In this document: in pieces, positions 52,001 to 64,000 of the stretch
Layout of the letters: each line of letters starts with the position of its first letter
Position numbering within the stretch: the first letter of the stretch is position 1
Assembly: GCA_028534125.1 (NCBI GenBank)
Contig: CM052817.1
Location: forward strand, 27,158,001 to 27,222,000
DNA: 64,000 bases
Direction: 5' to 3'
Origin: Lama glama
Taxonomy: Eukaryota
Program-made: the position numbers and the translations under genes
Notes under the pieces: model-generated
Told to the model about the DNA's origin: nothing
The model's input: the letters and a program-made list of their open reading frames with translations, nothing else
The model's database searches: none

Positions 52001-54953
52001 GCTTTGTGAAGCCATGAAGATGCCCTTTTCAGTTTAGCTTTTAAGAAAATAGCGAAGATGTAACATAAACACCAAGAGAAATGCTGAGATACTAACATCT
52101 CATCCCATTTATCTTGTGGCTGTGAATATTTATTTAGCATTGTTGTGATTTTTGTTGTGGAGTGGTTAATGTCCAGACCAGTTCTACATAATGGAAAGCT
52201 AACCTCAAGTAGGAGGAGGATAAATGGGTTTAAAAAAAAAAAAAAAAGACTAGCAGAGGTCGCTGTGGTTTATAAAAAGGAAGTTGTCGGGGAGGAGATT
52301 GATGACTGAGGACTAATAGACCAGGGGTAGCTGGTGCAGGGTTTCAGTGCAGACCCTGAGAGTGCGGGGTGGTGGGTAGAATGGGAAATATCATTAATGG
52401 ATAATAAATATATTTTGTTTATACTTGAGTTCTTTATGTTTATATGAGGAAAGATTAGATTACAGATTTATTGTAGCTCATTCCCCAAAATATCTGGAAG
52501 TGAATAAAAACTGTATAATCCTCTATTACTCATATTAACAGTGTAGGGGAGGCAGGAAGAGGGTGTGTGTGGATGATACAGAACAATGAATAAGGAAAAA
52601 ACCACTGAAGGCTGACAGGCTCCCACAGAGTCTTCTCTGTCTTCTGCCTGACCTTCCTGGCTGGACAACGCTGGACACAGCTGAATCCTTAGCATAAGGA
52701 AGGGAGATGGGACGGAAGGGACAACTCAGATGCCACTGACGATTGATGATCTTAAATGAAAAAAAAAAATCTCCCAACATTGCTCCCCCCCAAAAAACCC
52801 CTATTTTTCTCTCAACGTCCCACATTCAGTGTAATACACTTACAAGCCTCTAATGCCTGACTTGATCCTCACTGCGATGATTAGAGTCGGATGTTTAAAC
52901 ACACTAGGCTAATGTGCTTTGACTTGGCCACAGCCAAGCCTGTAAATCCATATGGCAGATACTGGGTGACTGCCATTTTTGTTATGAGCATAAATTATGC
53001 CGGACCTGGAGCCTAATGTAAAATTGTGCATCATGTTGCCTTGTCAACTAATCATCACGGAAGCCTTTGTTTGATGTTGGTCCTGACTGTCTAATTTCCA
53101 GAGAATGAAATGCAGTAAAAGGTGCCAACTTCAAATTCAGATGTCAGCCAGACATGATGATAATGTTATATAAACTTATGCTTTAAGACAACGTAAATCT
53201 CACAAGTGGTTCTCAATATATAAAGAGTAAAACCATTCAATGCTCTTAAAGAATGTGCTGCACATATGGCACTCAAAATATTCAAAAAAGAAAATGTTAT
53301 TGATAAAGTGGAAAGTAAGCATAATAGAATGATTAGGAGTGTGGGATTTGAAACCAAACCTTAGTCTGAGTCTTGGTCTGGCCTCTCGCTAACTGTTTCA
53401 TCTCTCTCAACCTCATTCCCCCCATGCATACGATGAGGGTAGCGTAATATCTGTTTCATAGAGATGTCGGGATGATTACTTGAGATGATGTGTATTATAA
53501 GCTTTAGCCTAGCATGTTGTGAGTGCTCAAGAAATGCAGTTAGTAATAATATAAATAGATAATAAAGTTATCACTCTTAACATCTTGGGTTTATAGTACC
53601 TTCCTGAAGATGGAGAGGGATTCACACCTGTTGCTGTTACTGATGTTGTAGAGTATACTTATTTTTGTCTCTTAGTGCCCTTGAAAGCAATGTGGAGATG
53701 CCAATAGTATGTCCTCGAGGTTTATTATTGGGAGGTGACCTGATAGTGATTTTTTTTAACATCCAATTAAAGTGAAATGTTCTTTAAACTTTCCCTTCCC
53801 TCTCTTGTCCCCCTCCCTCCTTGAAGAGAACTTTGGTGGTAATAATGTCTATATGATTTTCTTGTTGTTGGAATAAATGATCTAAATTCGTTGAGTGTAT
53901 GAAACAGCATGTCGCAGGGGAAAAAACAGGACTAGAAGTCAGAAGTCTGAAACCGCCCTTGCCTACGCCTCTGTCCTTCAGCTTTGGAGGACAGATTGTG
54001 GAAACATCACCAGCTATTTGCTGCTTCTGTGGCTCCAGTTAGTCATTGCTTTCTTTGTCTACGTGTCTGGTGTTGCTATTAGTGTGCATGCACGCTATGA
54101 TGCTTGGAACGCCATATGGTTATTAAAAAAAAGGCAGTTGCCTATCCATGAGACTGTGAGTTCTTTGAGGGTATTTTATGTATCTTTATTTTCCCAGTGC
54201 CCAGCAGAGAGCCTCGCACTGAACACCAGCTTGGTTAACACTTTTCGAGTGATCACATGGCCAGAATCAAGGCATGACTTCAGGCTTTCTTGCTGGGTGG
54301 TCTTGAGAAATTTACTTACTTTTAAAACCCACAATTTCCTTGTTTCTCACATGAGCATCACACTTGATTTGTCCCCTATAAATCATCGATGTAAACCCCA
54401 ATGAAGCAGTGTGTTTTATGTACATCGCAAAATGTTGGACAATAGAAGATAATTTTAAAAAGTCATAATGTTGAAATCTAAGCTCTAATCTTTACTGTGA
54501 TATGGTTCATAATAGTGAGAATTGGAAACTTTTGTCACTAGGACGTTTGCTAAATAACTGACACTACACATGTAACATCTATTACTGGGCAGCTGATAAT
54601 TTATCGACATTTTCATTATGTGCCAGGTCCTATTCTAGGCATTTAAGAAATATCTCATTTAATCCTTACAACATTGCTCTCCAATCTGAGTGCCATTTTC
54701 CTAAACATTCAGATGAAGTAGAACTACACTGAATAGCTTGGAAGGAGATACAGAACATTTTGGGTGTGGATGAGAAGCAGGCTGGGGAACAGTACGTAGA
54801 GTGTTGCATACATTTACTAAGCAGAGAAGAAACACCCCTTATAGGTCATCCACCAAAAATTAACAGTGTAATTTATGCAGAAGCTTTTCTCTCTATAGGG
54901 TAATTTTCTGTTTGGTTTGAAAAAAATATTTTATTGTGAGCATGTATTATTTT

Positions 54954-55062
54954 TTATTTTTATTTTTTTAAATTGAGTTATAGTCAGTTTACAATGTTGT
55001 GTCAATTTCTGGTGTACAGCCCAATTTTTGAGTCATACATGCATGTACATATATTCATTTTC
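54954..55062 (-). mobile_element. Short L1 3'-end insertion with 15-bp TSD
   Basis: tatagtcagtttacaatgttgtgtcaatttctggtgtacagc; TSD agcatgtattatttt (54939-54953) / agcatgtattgtttt (55063-55077). Confidence 0.8.
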
Positions 55063-58000
55063 AGCATGTATTGTTTTGTAGTTAATAAAATAAAGCAGTA
55101 CATGACAGCTTTCAACCAAAGAAACTTTTGTTTTCTTCTTCAAAACAAAAGATGCCCAGGATTTCTTGGATTTCCCACCCCCTGCCCACCATTTTCATTA
55201 ACAGTGTGGTCTCTCCAGGGGTCTGTCACTGAGGTTTATGTGTCAGCGAAGTCGCCAGGCTTCCCAGAGCCACACTGGGCAGCGAGGGGGCAGACCCTGT
55301 CGTCTGATTGGCTAGCCTCCTGGGCACCTGCACCTTGTTGCTGGTGGGATTCCACCTCTCACTGTTGCCTCAGAAACTTTTGTCACCACAGAACTTTCTC
55401 ACACTTACTGGCCCAGATGTTTGCTGAATTTCAGGGCTAGTGTGTGTGGTCAGGCAGCCAAATTCCAATTTTAGAATGTTGCTTGTGACCGTGAAACTCT
55501 GTTAACTCAGGCTTTGAAAGGCCTGACAGGGTGAGTGAGTGTGTGTGTGTGTGTTGTGTTGGGGAAGAGACAGTAATGAAGAACCATCAACAAGCAATTT
55601 CCAACCAGAGAATGAACATATATTTTGATTTCCAGAGGTTCTGAATGTTAGCAGTGAGAAAACAAAGGTATCTGAAAGGTCGAATGGCCCTGGAATTTTG
55701 TCACCCACATTTCACAAAGGATTGCACTAACATTTCTTTTCCCCCCAGAAAGACACAGTGCTTATTTTGCCTCTGAATTTCCAGTTACTTCACAACTTCC
55801 TTTAGTAATGTGTCTCAGAATTTGACATTATTTACAAGTCACAAAGTTTTTTCTAATGCCTAAAATAAGCCTTTCTCCTTCTAAAACTTATAGAGGCGCT
55901 TACATTTTGTTCCTTGGTTCCTTCCTTCCTTCCTCTCATTCTTCAGTGTCTCTTCTTTGACAGGCATTGTTACTAGCTTTGGGGCTACAACTTTGAACCA
56001 GAGAGGCAGGTTCCCTTGCTCTCAGAAACTGATATCCTATAGGGGACAGACAATAAATAAATTAAAGAAGAATTTCAGATACTATTAAGCACTATGAATA
56101 AAACTAAATATGATAATGTGATCAAAATGGGCCTGAAAAGTGGAAGGGGGAGGGGACTTCCTGATTTCGATTGGATGCTCTGGGAGAGCTTCTCTGTGGA
56201 GCTGACCTGGCAGGAGACCTGAATGACGGGAAATTATGGGAAAGACTGTTGGCAAGACCTGGGAGCGTCGTTTTCCCCCAGTGTAAATGGTGGCGGGTGG
56301 GGCAGGAGGAGGATACCTATCTCATAGGTTGGTTGGGGTTAAGTGACATGACATGCAAGGATACCTGACACTGTGCTTGGGCTCATAAAAGCCTTAAATG
56401 ATAGTAATCGTAGGGCTTTAAAAAAATACCCTTCCCCACACCACAGCTTTGCATGTCCATTAGTTGAAGTAGTCACCGTATCATCTATATGAAAATCTGT
56501 TGGCAGTAGAGGCCAGAGCAGAAGGTCTACAAGAGCCGTACTTTGGGCTTACGGAGTAGGACCGAACAAGATCATGCAAGAATCTAGCCTGGCTCTTGAG
56601 CTCACTGGACGGGTTAATTTTCTTCCATTATTTGCCAGCTTTATTTCAAGAATTGGCTGCAACTTAGTTATTTGATAGATGAGTTGGACGTAGGACTTCA
56701 CCAGATGAACCACGCCTTAGATTTACTTAACTCGATTCCTTCTCCCCAAGGAGATGAGTTGCAGGAAGCCCTGAAGGCAGGACCAACACGCTAGCTAGCC
56801 TCAGGAGACTCCTGAGATATGCTCAGCTCTTGGCAGGTCCCGCACTGAAACTCCCAAGTTCTTCAGTGTAGAGCGTGGAAGAGATGGCTTTGGCTTGCAA
56901 AGATTTGACGGCAGGTGTTACCTTGTAGCTGCCAAGTGCTGGATGACAGAGATTCCTCATTGCAAGAATGCTGCAGAAAGCACATTTTGCTGTACGTGGG
57001 CCAATTTGAATTTATTCTAACTAGATGTAATTGTTGTAGACTTTATTTCACGAGCTGCCTTCAAGGTTTACTGGAGTGATAGAACAATAACTAATGCTCC
57101 CATTTGTCTAGCATATACACCTTGACCTGGCTCTTTGGCCTGACAGCAATCCTGGTGTTTGTTAGGCTCAGCCCAGGAATGCCACCCCCAGTAGTGTGGC
57201 AGTGTCAGTGAGGGCTATTGATGCTGTGATGCTGGACTTCCTGGGGTTGAATCCAGGTTCGATCACTAGCTGAGAGGTGCTGGTTGACCTATTTAACTAC
57301 TGTATGACTTGGTTCCTTGTTGCGAAGTAAGGCTCAAAGTACTCATCTCAAGGAGTGACGTGAGGATTAAGTTAATATATGTAAGCCCCTTAGAGGAATG
57401 CCTGGGCCTGAACCAAGATTTTGTAAGGGGGGAGATGGAGACTCCAGAGGTCACACTGCTGGCTTGAGTGAGCACATTTGCACAACTGGGACCCAACATG
57501 AATCTCTTGATTGTAAGTCTAGTAACCTTTCTACTTCTTCTTGTGTTAAACAGTTGTTGGTTATGATTTTAAAACAGACTCAGAAAGTGGCATATTAGGA
57601 TATTTTGGATTATTGTAATAAAATAGCACATTAGCATCTGTGCTGTTAACTTTGCATATGGGGAAACTGAGGTTCATAGTGGTGAATTTGAAATGACTCC
57701 TGATGTTGTCTTGTTTGTTTTCCTTTTAAATGCCATAGTCTTTTTATATCTGCCTCCTAATTTTATAATGAGTGTGAAAAGCATAATGCTAAAAATGATA
57801 TCTTCAATATTACAATCAAATATTGTAATTGAACTTTCCCTTGAGGCAAAACTAAGAATATGACTTTAAAAATGAACTGGAAATGTATACATCGCAATCA
57901 GCATTTTCTTTTCCAAAATGGAGTCACAGACTTTCTCACTGACACTGTCATTCCACAAATATATCTCAATTTCTCCTTGGAAATTATCTGAACAATCAGC

Positions 58001-59899
58001 ATTATCTAATTTTAATATTAATCTTTTAAAAATACAAAAATTATTTGAGGACACATTTGGTAAAAAAAAAAACAAATGGGAGAAAATTACTCAATATTTT
58101 TTTCAGAAACAGAAACTGGCGTCAAAAGTAAAATAAGAAAATGGTAGATGAATCATCAATTTGGGGTTAAAAAGCTAAAGGCGTGGCAAGATTGTGATTT
58201 CCGTGTGCGCTCCCAGCAGATAGATGGAAGATTTCACACGGTGTTCTCTGTCACCATGGCTGCCTCAAGTGCAAGAAGTGAATTCCCTGCCAGGAGGCCA
58301 CTCTGAAGCTGGCATCATGGGGTGCTTGACGAACATCGTCAGAAACCCTCTGTGCGGTATGAAGAGGTAAAGGAGAGTCAGCAAACTTATGAACTGGCTT
58401 GAAGGCATTACTTTTCTTTCCAGGGGGAATTGACTAAGGGAAAGCCTTTTGGCTTTGACTACAGCCATCTACAAATGGAAACATTTGAATTTCTTGAAGC
58501 CTGGGAGAGAGTTTTGGGTGGGACGCACACCAACACTGTCGAGAGGCTGTTAAAGTGAATTCTGCAAATGAGTAGAGAAATGATTTGCCTTAAATCTAAG
58601 GCTGATTGTCTTGGGTATCAGTAAGTCCTGCAGAGTTGTGAGGAGAGCACGAGCCGGTATGGAGTTGGGCTTGGAGGTTGGGGGAGATGTGAGAAGCCAT
58701 GGTGGTGGTCTGTTGGGAGAGGTAGGGGAATGGGTAAGTTGTGGGCTTCCAGAGAATTTCCTGGAGGAGGGAAGAAGCAGAGTTAGCCAAGGAGGGGATG
58801 TCCTGAGGGTGCCCGCAGACCAACTTGTAATCCCCCGATTTGCTGCAGGCACACCATGGACACACAGGAGACGGGCCGTGTCTGCCTGGAGTCACAGACT
58901 GGGGACTAGCAAGCTCAGGCCCTTCCCTGCTTCAGTAACACGTGTACAAAACCACCGATTTTCATCAGCCGTTCAGGACTGAAGCTCTCACTTCATTGGC
59001 CTGAGGCAGGGCACTCTGGATGTAGTAAATGGCTTGGAATGTGACCTTTGTACATTTTCCTAAGCTTTCATATCAGACATATCAAAGTCAGACGTTTGTC
59101 TCACAACAGATTTAGTCTAGGATTTCCAGTTGTAGCTGTGACAGTGGTTGTTAACTTTCACAACTTATTTCGCTTATACTTTAAATTGAGTCTGAGGCAG
59201 GAATTTTTGCAGACATCAAATATGGAAATGCATGATCGTGTTCAGGAAATTTAAGCATCAGGAGATGATTTTTAACATGGGATAAGAATAAGTTTCTGTT
59301 TCAAGGCTGACATCATCATGAAGAATACAAGCCAGGAAAATGCTACAAAAACATCTAAATTCAAAAGACTCTTCCAGTTAACCTGTTCTACTTGGGAAGA
59401 GAGTTCTTCTATCCAGGAAAAGAAACATGTGCATTAGTCTTTCTCGGTTAGACTGAAGCCTTAGCTGGGAAAAGAAAAGGAAAATGAACTTCTCTGTGAC
59501 CTAAAATAAGTACCCAATCTCTCTACACTTTAGTTTCCTCAGGTCGAAAATAAGGTTAATATTAGTGTCTACATTACTGGATTTTTCTGAGAATTAAATA
59601 AAACATGTATAGCGCCTAGCATATAAGTATACAGTGAATGTAAAAAAAAGGTGTATGACGCGCTGCTCTCAGTCAGTAGTAAGCGGCAGTCACTCTCTTA
59701 TGCTGGGGAAAAGGGGAATCACAGAGCTCAAGTCCCGTCCTCATGGCCACATATTTACGTAAAGGGGGGACTGGGGTTCAAACCAAATTCCTTCTGACCA
59801 CAGAAGCTCGTATTCCTCCCACTGCACTTCCTTTTTCTGATTAACGAATGCTGTATCAGTGAGTGAACAGTAAATTCATGAATTTCATTAGCTTTTATT

Positions 59900-60100
59900 G
59901 GATATCATGCTCTGGGTCCACTGTGTCTTAGCTGAGTAAACTTATGTGAGTTATTTCACACCTTTCTGTACCTCAGTTTCCTCATCTGTAAAGTGGGAGT
60001 GAGACTGGTATCTGTATATGGGATTGTATGAGTCTTCAATGAGTTTTAACACATAAAGTGCTTACCGCAATGCCTGGCACACAGCATATGCTCAAGAAAT
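59900..60100 (+). mobile_element. MIR SINE
   Basis: ctgtacctcagtttcctcatctgtaaagtggg...aaagtgcttaccgcaatgcctggcacacag. Further MIRs lie near 30620-30840, 44820-45010, 50090-50290, 53330-53540 and 57200-57400. Confidence 0.8.
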
Positions 60101-60695
60101 GGTGGTGATTGCTGGTTTTGTTCTCAGCACTGTCATCGTTGATGGTTTAGTGTTGGTTCCCGGACTCTGCTTTCAGTGTGAGCTTCCAGCACTCTGACTT
60201 CTGCTTTGGTTGAGGTGGTGGGTCTGGCACTCTCCCTCCAGGCATCACCCTTTTTCTGATATGAGCCACCAGAATTGCAGGTGGAGTGTTTGTTAAGAGC
60301 AAACCCTCATATTCACTTATGTTACTTAGGGTGTATGCACTCTATAAATTTTTTAATATCTGGAAAATTCTGAATTTTAAAACATGTCTGGCCCCAAGGC
60401 TTTCCAGTCAGCCTCTGTGTGGACCTGTATGTAGTTAGATTACTTTAAACAGTCAGTAAGACTCTTTGAACCAGGATTCAGGATATTTTTTTTGACACAA
60501 TTGTTAAATATAAAATAAAAGCAATGTTTGGTTGAACAATGAGTCAACATGTTTACCGAGACACGGTATCTCATTTTTCCTTAAGGTCTTTCATTCATTC
60601 AACCAACATTTCAAAAAGTCCCCAGTATGTGCCAGATACTGTGTTAAACAAATAGGTCCAACATTCCTGCTTCTCAAACCTTATAGCCTGGGAGA

Positions 60696-60757
<62 letters not shown>
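60696..60757. repeat. Compound (TG)n(AG)n microsatellite
   Basis: Direct observation. Confidence 0.95.
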
Positions 60758-60761
<4 letters not shown>

Positions 60762-61068
60762 AAAACAGACACATTTTAATATGTCCTGCTGGTTGCTGTG
60801 ATTATCCCAAGCTGGGAGAAGTCTTGGTTGAAGGCTAAGAAGTCAAGTTTTAAGCTGAAGTTAAGGCGCGGGGTTCAGGAGAAGGCAAGGGTGTGGTGGA
60901 GAGAAGGTGGAAGTGGTCGGGGAAAAGCTGAAGCAGCACAGTACAGTGGTGCTTCCTTCCGACTGACAGGACCAGTCTGCGGATTGCTTTTCCCTAGGAG
61001 TGATGTTCTGAACCTCAGAATAATTAGGTTAAGATTCTGCCAATGGTGCTGTTCTGTCTCCCTTTTTG

Positions 61069-61252
61069 TTTTGGTTTGTTTTTGTTTTAAAGAAAGTACT
61101 TACTTATTTATTTATTGCTTTTGTTTTGTTTTGGGGGAGGTAAGTAGGCTTATTTATTTACTGATTTATTTTTAATGGAGGTGCTGGGGATTGCACCCAG
61201 AACCTGGTACGTGCTAAGCATGTGCTCTACCACAGAGCTATACCCTCCCCCC
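61069..61252 (-). mobile_element. tRNA-derived camelid SINE (Vic-1-like) with long tail and 10-bp TSD
   Basis: ggaggtgctggggattgcacccagaacc...gtgctaagcatgtgctctaccacagagctataccctcccccc; TSD tccctttttg at 61059-61068 and 61254-61263. Confidence 0.85.
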
Positions 61253-61639
61253 ATCCCTTTTTGATATGCGCAACTAAAGCATCTTTTGTGAATGTTTTCC
61301 CCACTCACACACAGCCCTATGCATATGACAGAGTTCTTTCTTCAATCTCCTCCCTCCCTCCCTTCCCTCCTTCCTCTTCTTCCTTCCTCCCTTCCCTCTC
61401 TTCCACTCCTTATGAACATAGAACTGTGTATAATTTATGTAGCTGTGGTGATTCTTGCTCCTGATCTTGTTTCACCTGTAAGGCCGAAGTGAAACTGAGG
61501 CCTTTTAGAAATAAACACACCAACACCCAGCTCAGTTTCAGGCACATGCTTTTAAAATGTTCGTTGAATAAAAGAGCTTAGGTAAAAATTAAAAACTGTT
61601 TCTAAATTCTTGTTGGCAGCCTAAAGTAATCTTACCATG

Positions 61640-61925
61640 CATGGATCCATGGATACTTACCTGAAACTCTTGGGGTCAAACACATTTCAGAATTTTTCAG
61701 GTTTTAAGGGGTTAACACAGTGCATATAACATATGTTAGGTGACATCTCCATTAGCAACGCCCTCTATTCAAAGGCTTAATGTTATATGGATGTTTGCAT
61801 TGGATAAATAAAGACAACACGTAGCTTCAAGTGACTTCATGTCTGGTTTTGTTATGAATTGAGTTTTCACCAGGCTTATATACTTTTGGAATTTTGGAGT
61901 TGTGTTTAAAGAGTTGTGGACCATC
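61640..61925. mobile_element. Ancient DNA-transposon MITE (Tigger-like); related inverted fragment at ~60340-60429
   Basis: aaactcttggggtcaaacacatttcagaatttttcag ... gagttgtggacc. The reverse complement of 60340-60429 (aggtccaca...ccttggggccagacatgttttaaaattcagaattttccaga) matches its start. Confidence 0.5.
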
Positions 61926-64000
61926 GTAGTTCTTCGCAACTATTTCTTGCTTATGCTGCTGCTAGACGTTGCCCAGTCCCCTTTAAAAAATCGCATTCCT
62001 TTGGGTCAGACAGAGTGGCCATCGATACTATTTGTCTTCTGTTTCTTGCGGGAAATCTGTATTTCTTATATGCTCTGCAATCAAAGAGAAAAATCAGAGG
62101 AAAATTCTTCTTCGGTCTTCCCTGTGGCTGTCTATGTTAGATCATTACCAGCTCTGTTTCTCAGTGATAAGAACACTCCTCTTGGCCACCAGGTTTCTCA
62201 GTCCCTCTGCTGGTCCCTGCTTGAAGAATACGATGTCATTGTTCACTGCTTTTAATAACCTGGGTTTCGCCTGGTACAAATGGATTCTTAAATTGAGAAG
62301 AGCGTGTCTGTTTTTCTTCCGAACGTGTAAAAAGATTTCGAACATGAAACAGATTGTAAAGAGTAATTTACTTGTTTTAATACAGAGAGATAATGCCTTC
62401 TAATGGCTTCTTGTCTGGAAAGGGTTGTGATGCTGTGAATGGTTCCAGCCCCAACCGTTTCTGCCCTATTTCTCATGCTACACTTTCCACCCTTAACTTC
62501 TCAGTACTCTCAGGGACTCTTTCTCCCACCACCCCATCTCTGTTTCTGTTAGCTGCTACCTCTGCTTCCTGCTGCTTTTACACCAGTTATATCGACTTCT
62601 AGTTCTTAACCTTGCAGACTGGGTGTCTGTGGGCACTGACTTGGGCAGCCAAATACCAACTCTAAAAACAGTTTCCTGACAAGTACACTGACTCTTTCTC
62701 ACTCCACGTCAGAGGCTTTTCTGGGATTCTGCTCACATATGCAGACACTTAAATGTCTAGTCTCATGGCTGTTTCAGAGAACTGGGGTTTCTGGACAGCT
62801 GAGAGCTGGATGTCTGAGGTGCTGCTGTTTATAGGAACATTTATATGCATGTGCATAGTTTTGCTCTGAAACCGCGGCTAGCTGTGAAATTTGAGAGAGT
62901 GAAAAGATTTCTATAAAATTCCAGGTGAGTCTTAGTTCTTTTCATGGTATGTATATAAGAAGTGTTTTTCTACATTCTTCTGTATAATAGTGAAAGATTT
63001 ATTCTATGTGGATGTTTCATAGCGGACTTTAGTGAAATTTATGAATCATAACCGTATCCTGGCAATTTTACTTTAGAAATATTACGTGCTTAGAGTAGTT
63101 GAGATAACTCAATCTTTTGAAGGTTCTCTCCTTGTTACTGCCTTTCACAACTGAGGAGAGGTTTGAAAAGGGTTGTTCTCTGCGTGTGAAGGGTCTAACG
63201 TATGCTGCAGTTGGTTCCACACAAAATTGTCATTTCCTACCAGGGACTGCCCCTTTTAGTCTTAGGGTTGGCACGGAAACATTATTGCTTAAAAGCGCCA
63301 CCCTATTCCTGAGTGCAGTTTGACCAGTCTTTGTAAACAGACTTCTTCAGCCTTGTTGAAATTAGGAAAGATCGCAGCCCTCACATAACAGTTCACAGTT
63401 ATTAAGCAATTGTTGTTGGCTTCCCTTTCATCTAAAATAATCATTACACGTAAGATACTAGGTTAAAAAATGCATTAATTTATACCCTTGGTACATCAAA
63501 GCACACCTGCTCGATGTTTTCTGTGAAATTCCAGTTAACACGCAGCTCCTCTGCAGATGAAGACGTGGGGTGGTAGTGTCCACGCCCAGTGCCTTGCATA
63601 ATTCCTGGGCACAGAAAGAGGCGTCCACCTCACACGTGGTGAATCAGTGAATGAATGATCATTGGTATCTCCTGATTCCATCTGATGATCAGAGAAATTG
63701 GTCAGACCGAAGTTATTTTACATCTGAGCACTTCTTGGATAGTTTAGAGAGAGAGAGGTTTTGAAACTGATGGCTTGAGAGCATATGAATTTTTGGAGAA
63801 TTCCCATTGCTCCCCCTGCTCCCTTCCTCTTCCCACCATGAACCGTCTAGGGTCTTCCTGGAGGCACTATTCATGTCTTCCGACTCAAAGGAAGGCCATG
63901 TCGCGTGTTTTAAGTACCACATGAAGTTTGTCCTCAGAGTAAAGCTTCCTTTGCCAAGCTCACAAATGATGGATTTTGTTTTCTTTCTGCCTGAGGGTCA

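Larger units (their letters stand above)
5852..64000 (+). other. LIMCH1: LIMCH1 intron 1 (continues beyond the window)
   Basis: Starts at the GT donor at 5852. The expected continuation (QVTGRSFGDKDF...) was not seen in the ORF track or by eye, and the sequence is repeat-rich non-coding DNA. Confidence 0.8.

Noticed and set aside
53895..55440. 169-aa and 155-aa plus-strand ORFs
   Set aside because: Non-ATG starts, overlap with repeat fragments and no recognisable domain.
56800..56816. 8-bp inverted repeat CTCAGGAG-A-CTCCTGAG; similar short stem near 57808-57828
   Set aside because: Short enough to arise by chance.
1..64000. CRISPR arrays, operons, rRNA, processed pseudogenes or other prokaryote-type systems
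   Set aside because: Eukaryotic intronic DNA; no regularly spaced repeat-spacer array or recognisable retrocopy was seen by eye.

Overview
Mammalian genomic DNA, very likely a camelid (alpaca/llama/camel), judged from three tRNA-derived SINEs matching my recollection of the camelid Vic-1 family. It holds the CpG-island promoter and first coding exon of LIMCH1 (+ strand, 5756-5851, [32 protein letters not shown], phase-0 donor GAG|GTAAGG), followed by about 58 kb of intron 1; I did not find exon 2. The rest is typical eutherian intron: a near full-length, decayed, antisense L1 (~17970-24425) nested in an MLT1 LTR, plus L2, MIR, MaLR/ERVL LTR, hAT and Tigger relics, microsatellites and one 500-N scaffold gap. 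I found no convincing novel multi-gene system. The best leads are a (GCG)10 repeat just 5' of the LIMCH1 start with all three frames open, a probable L1 3' transduction, a perfect 13-bp hairpin, a tail-only retrotransposition scar and a 222-codon antisense ORF in unique sequence. Repeat family names come from remembered consensus sequences, and repeat boundaries are approximate.
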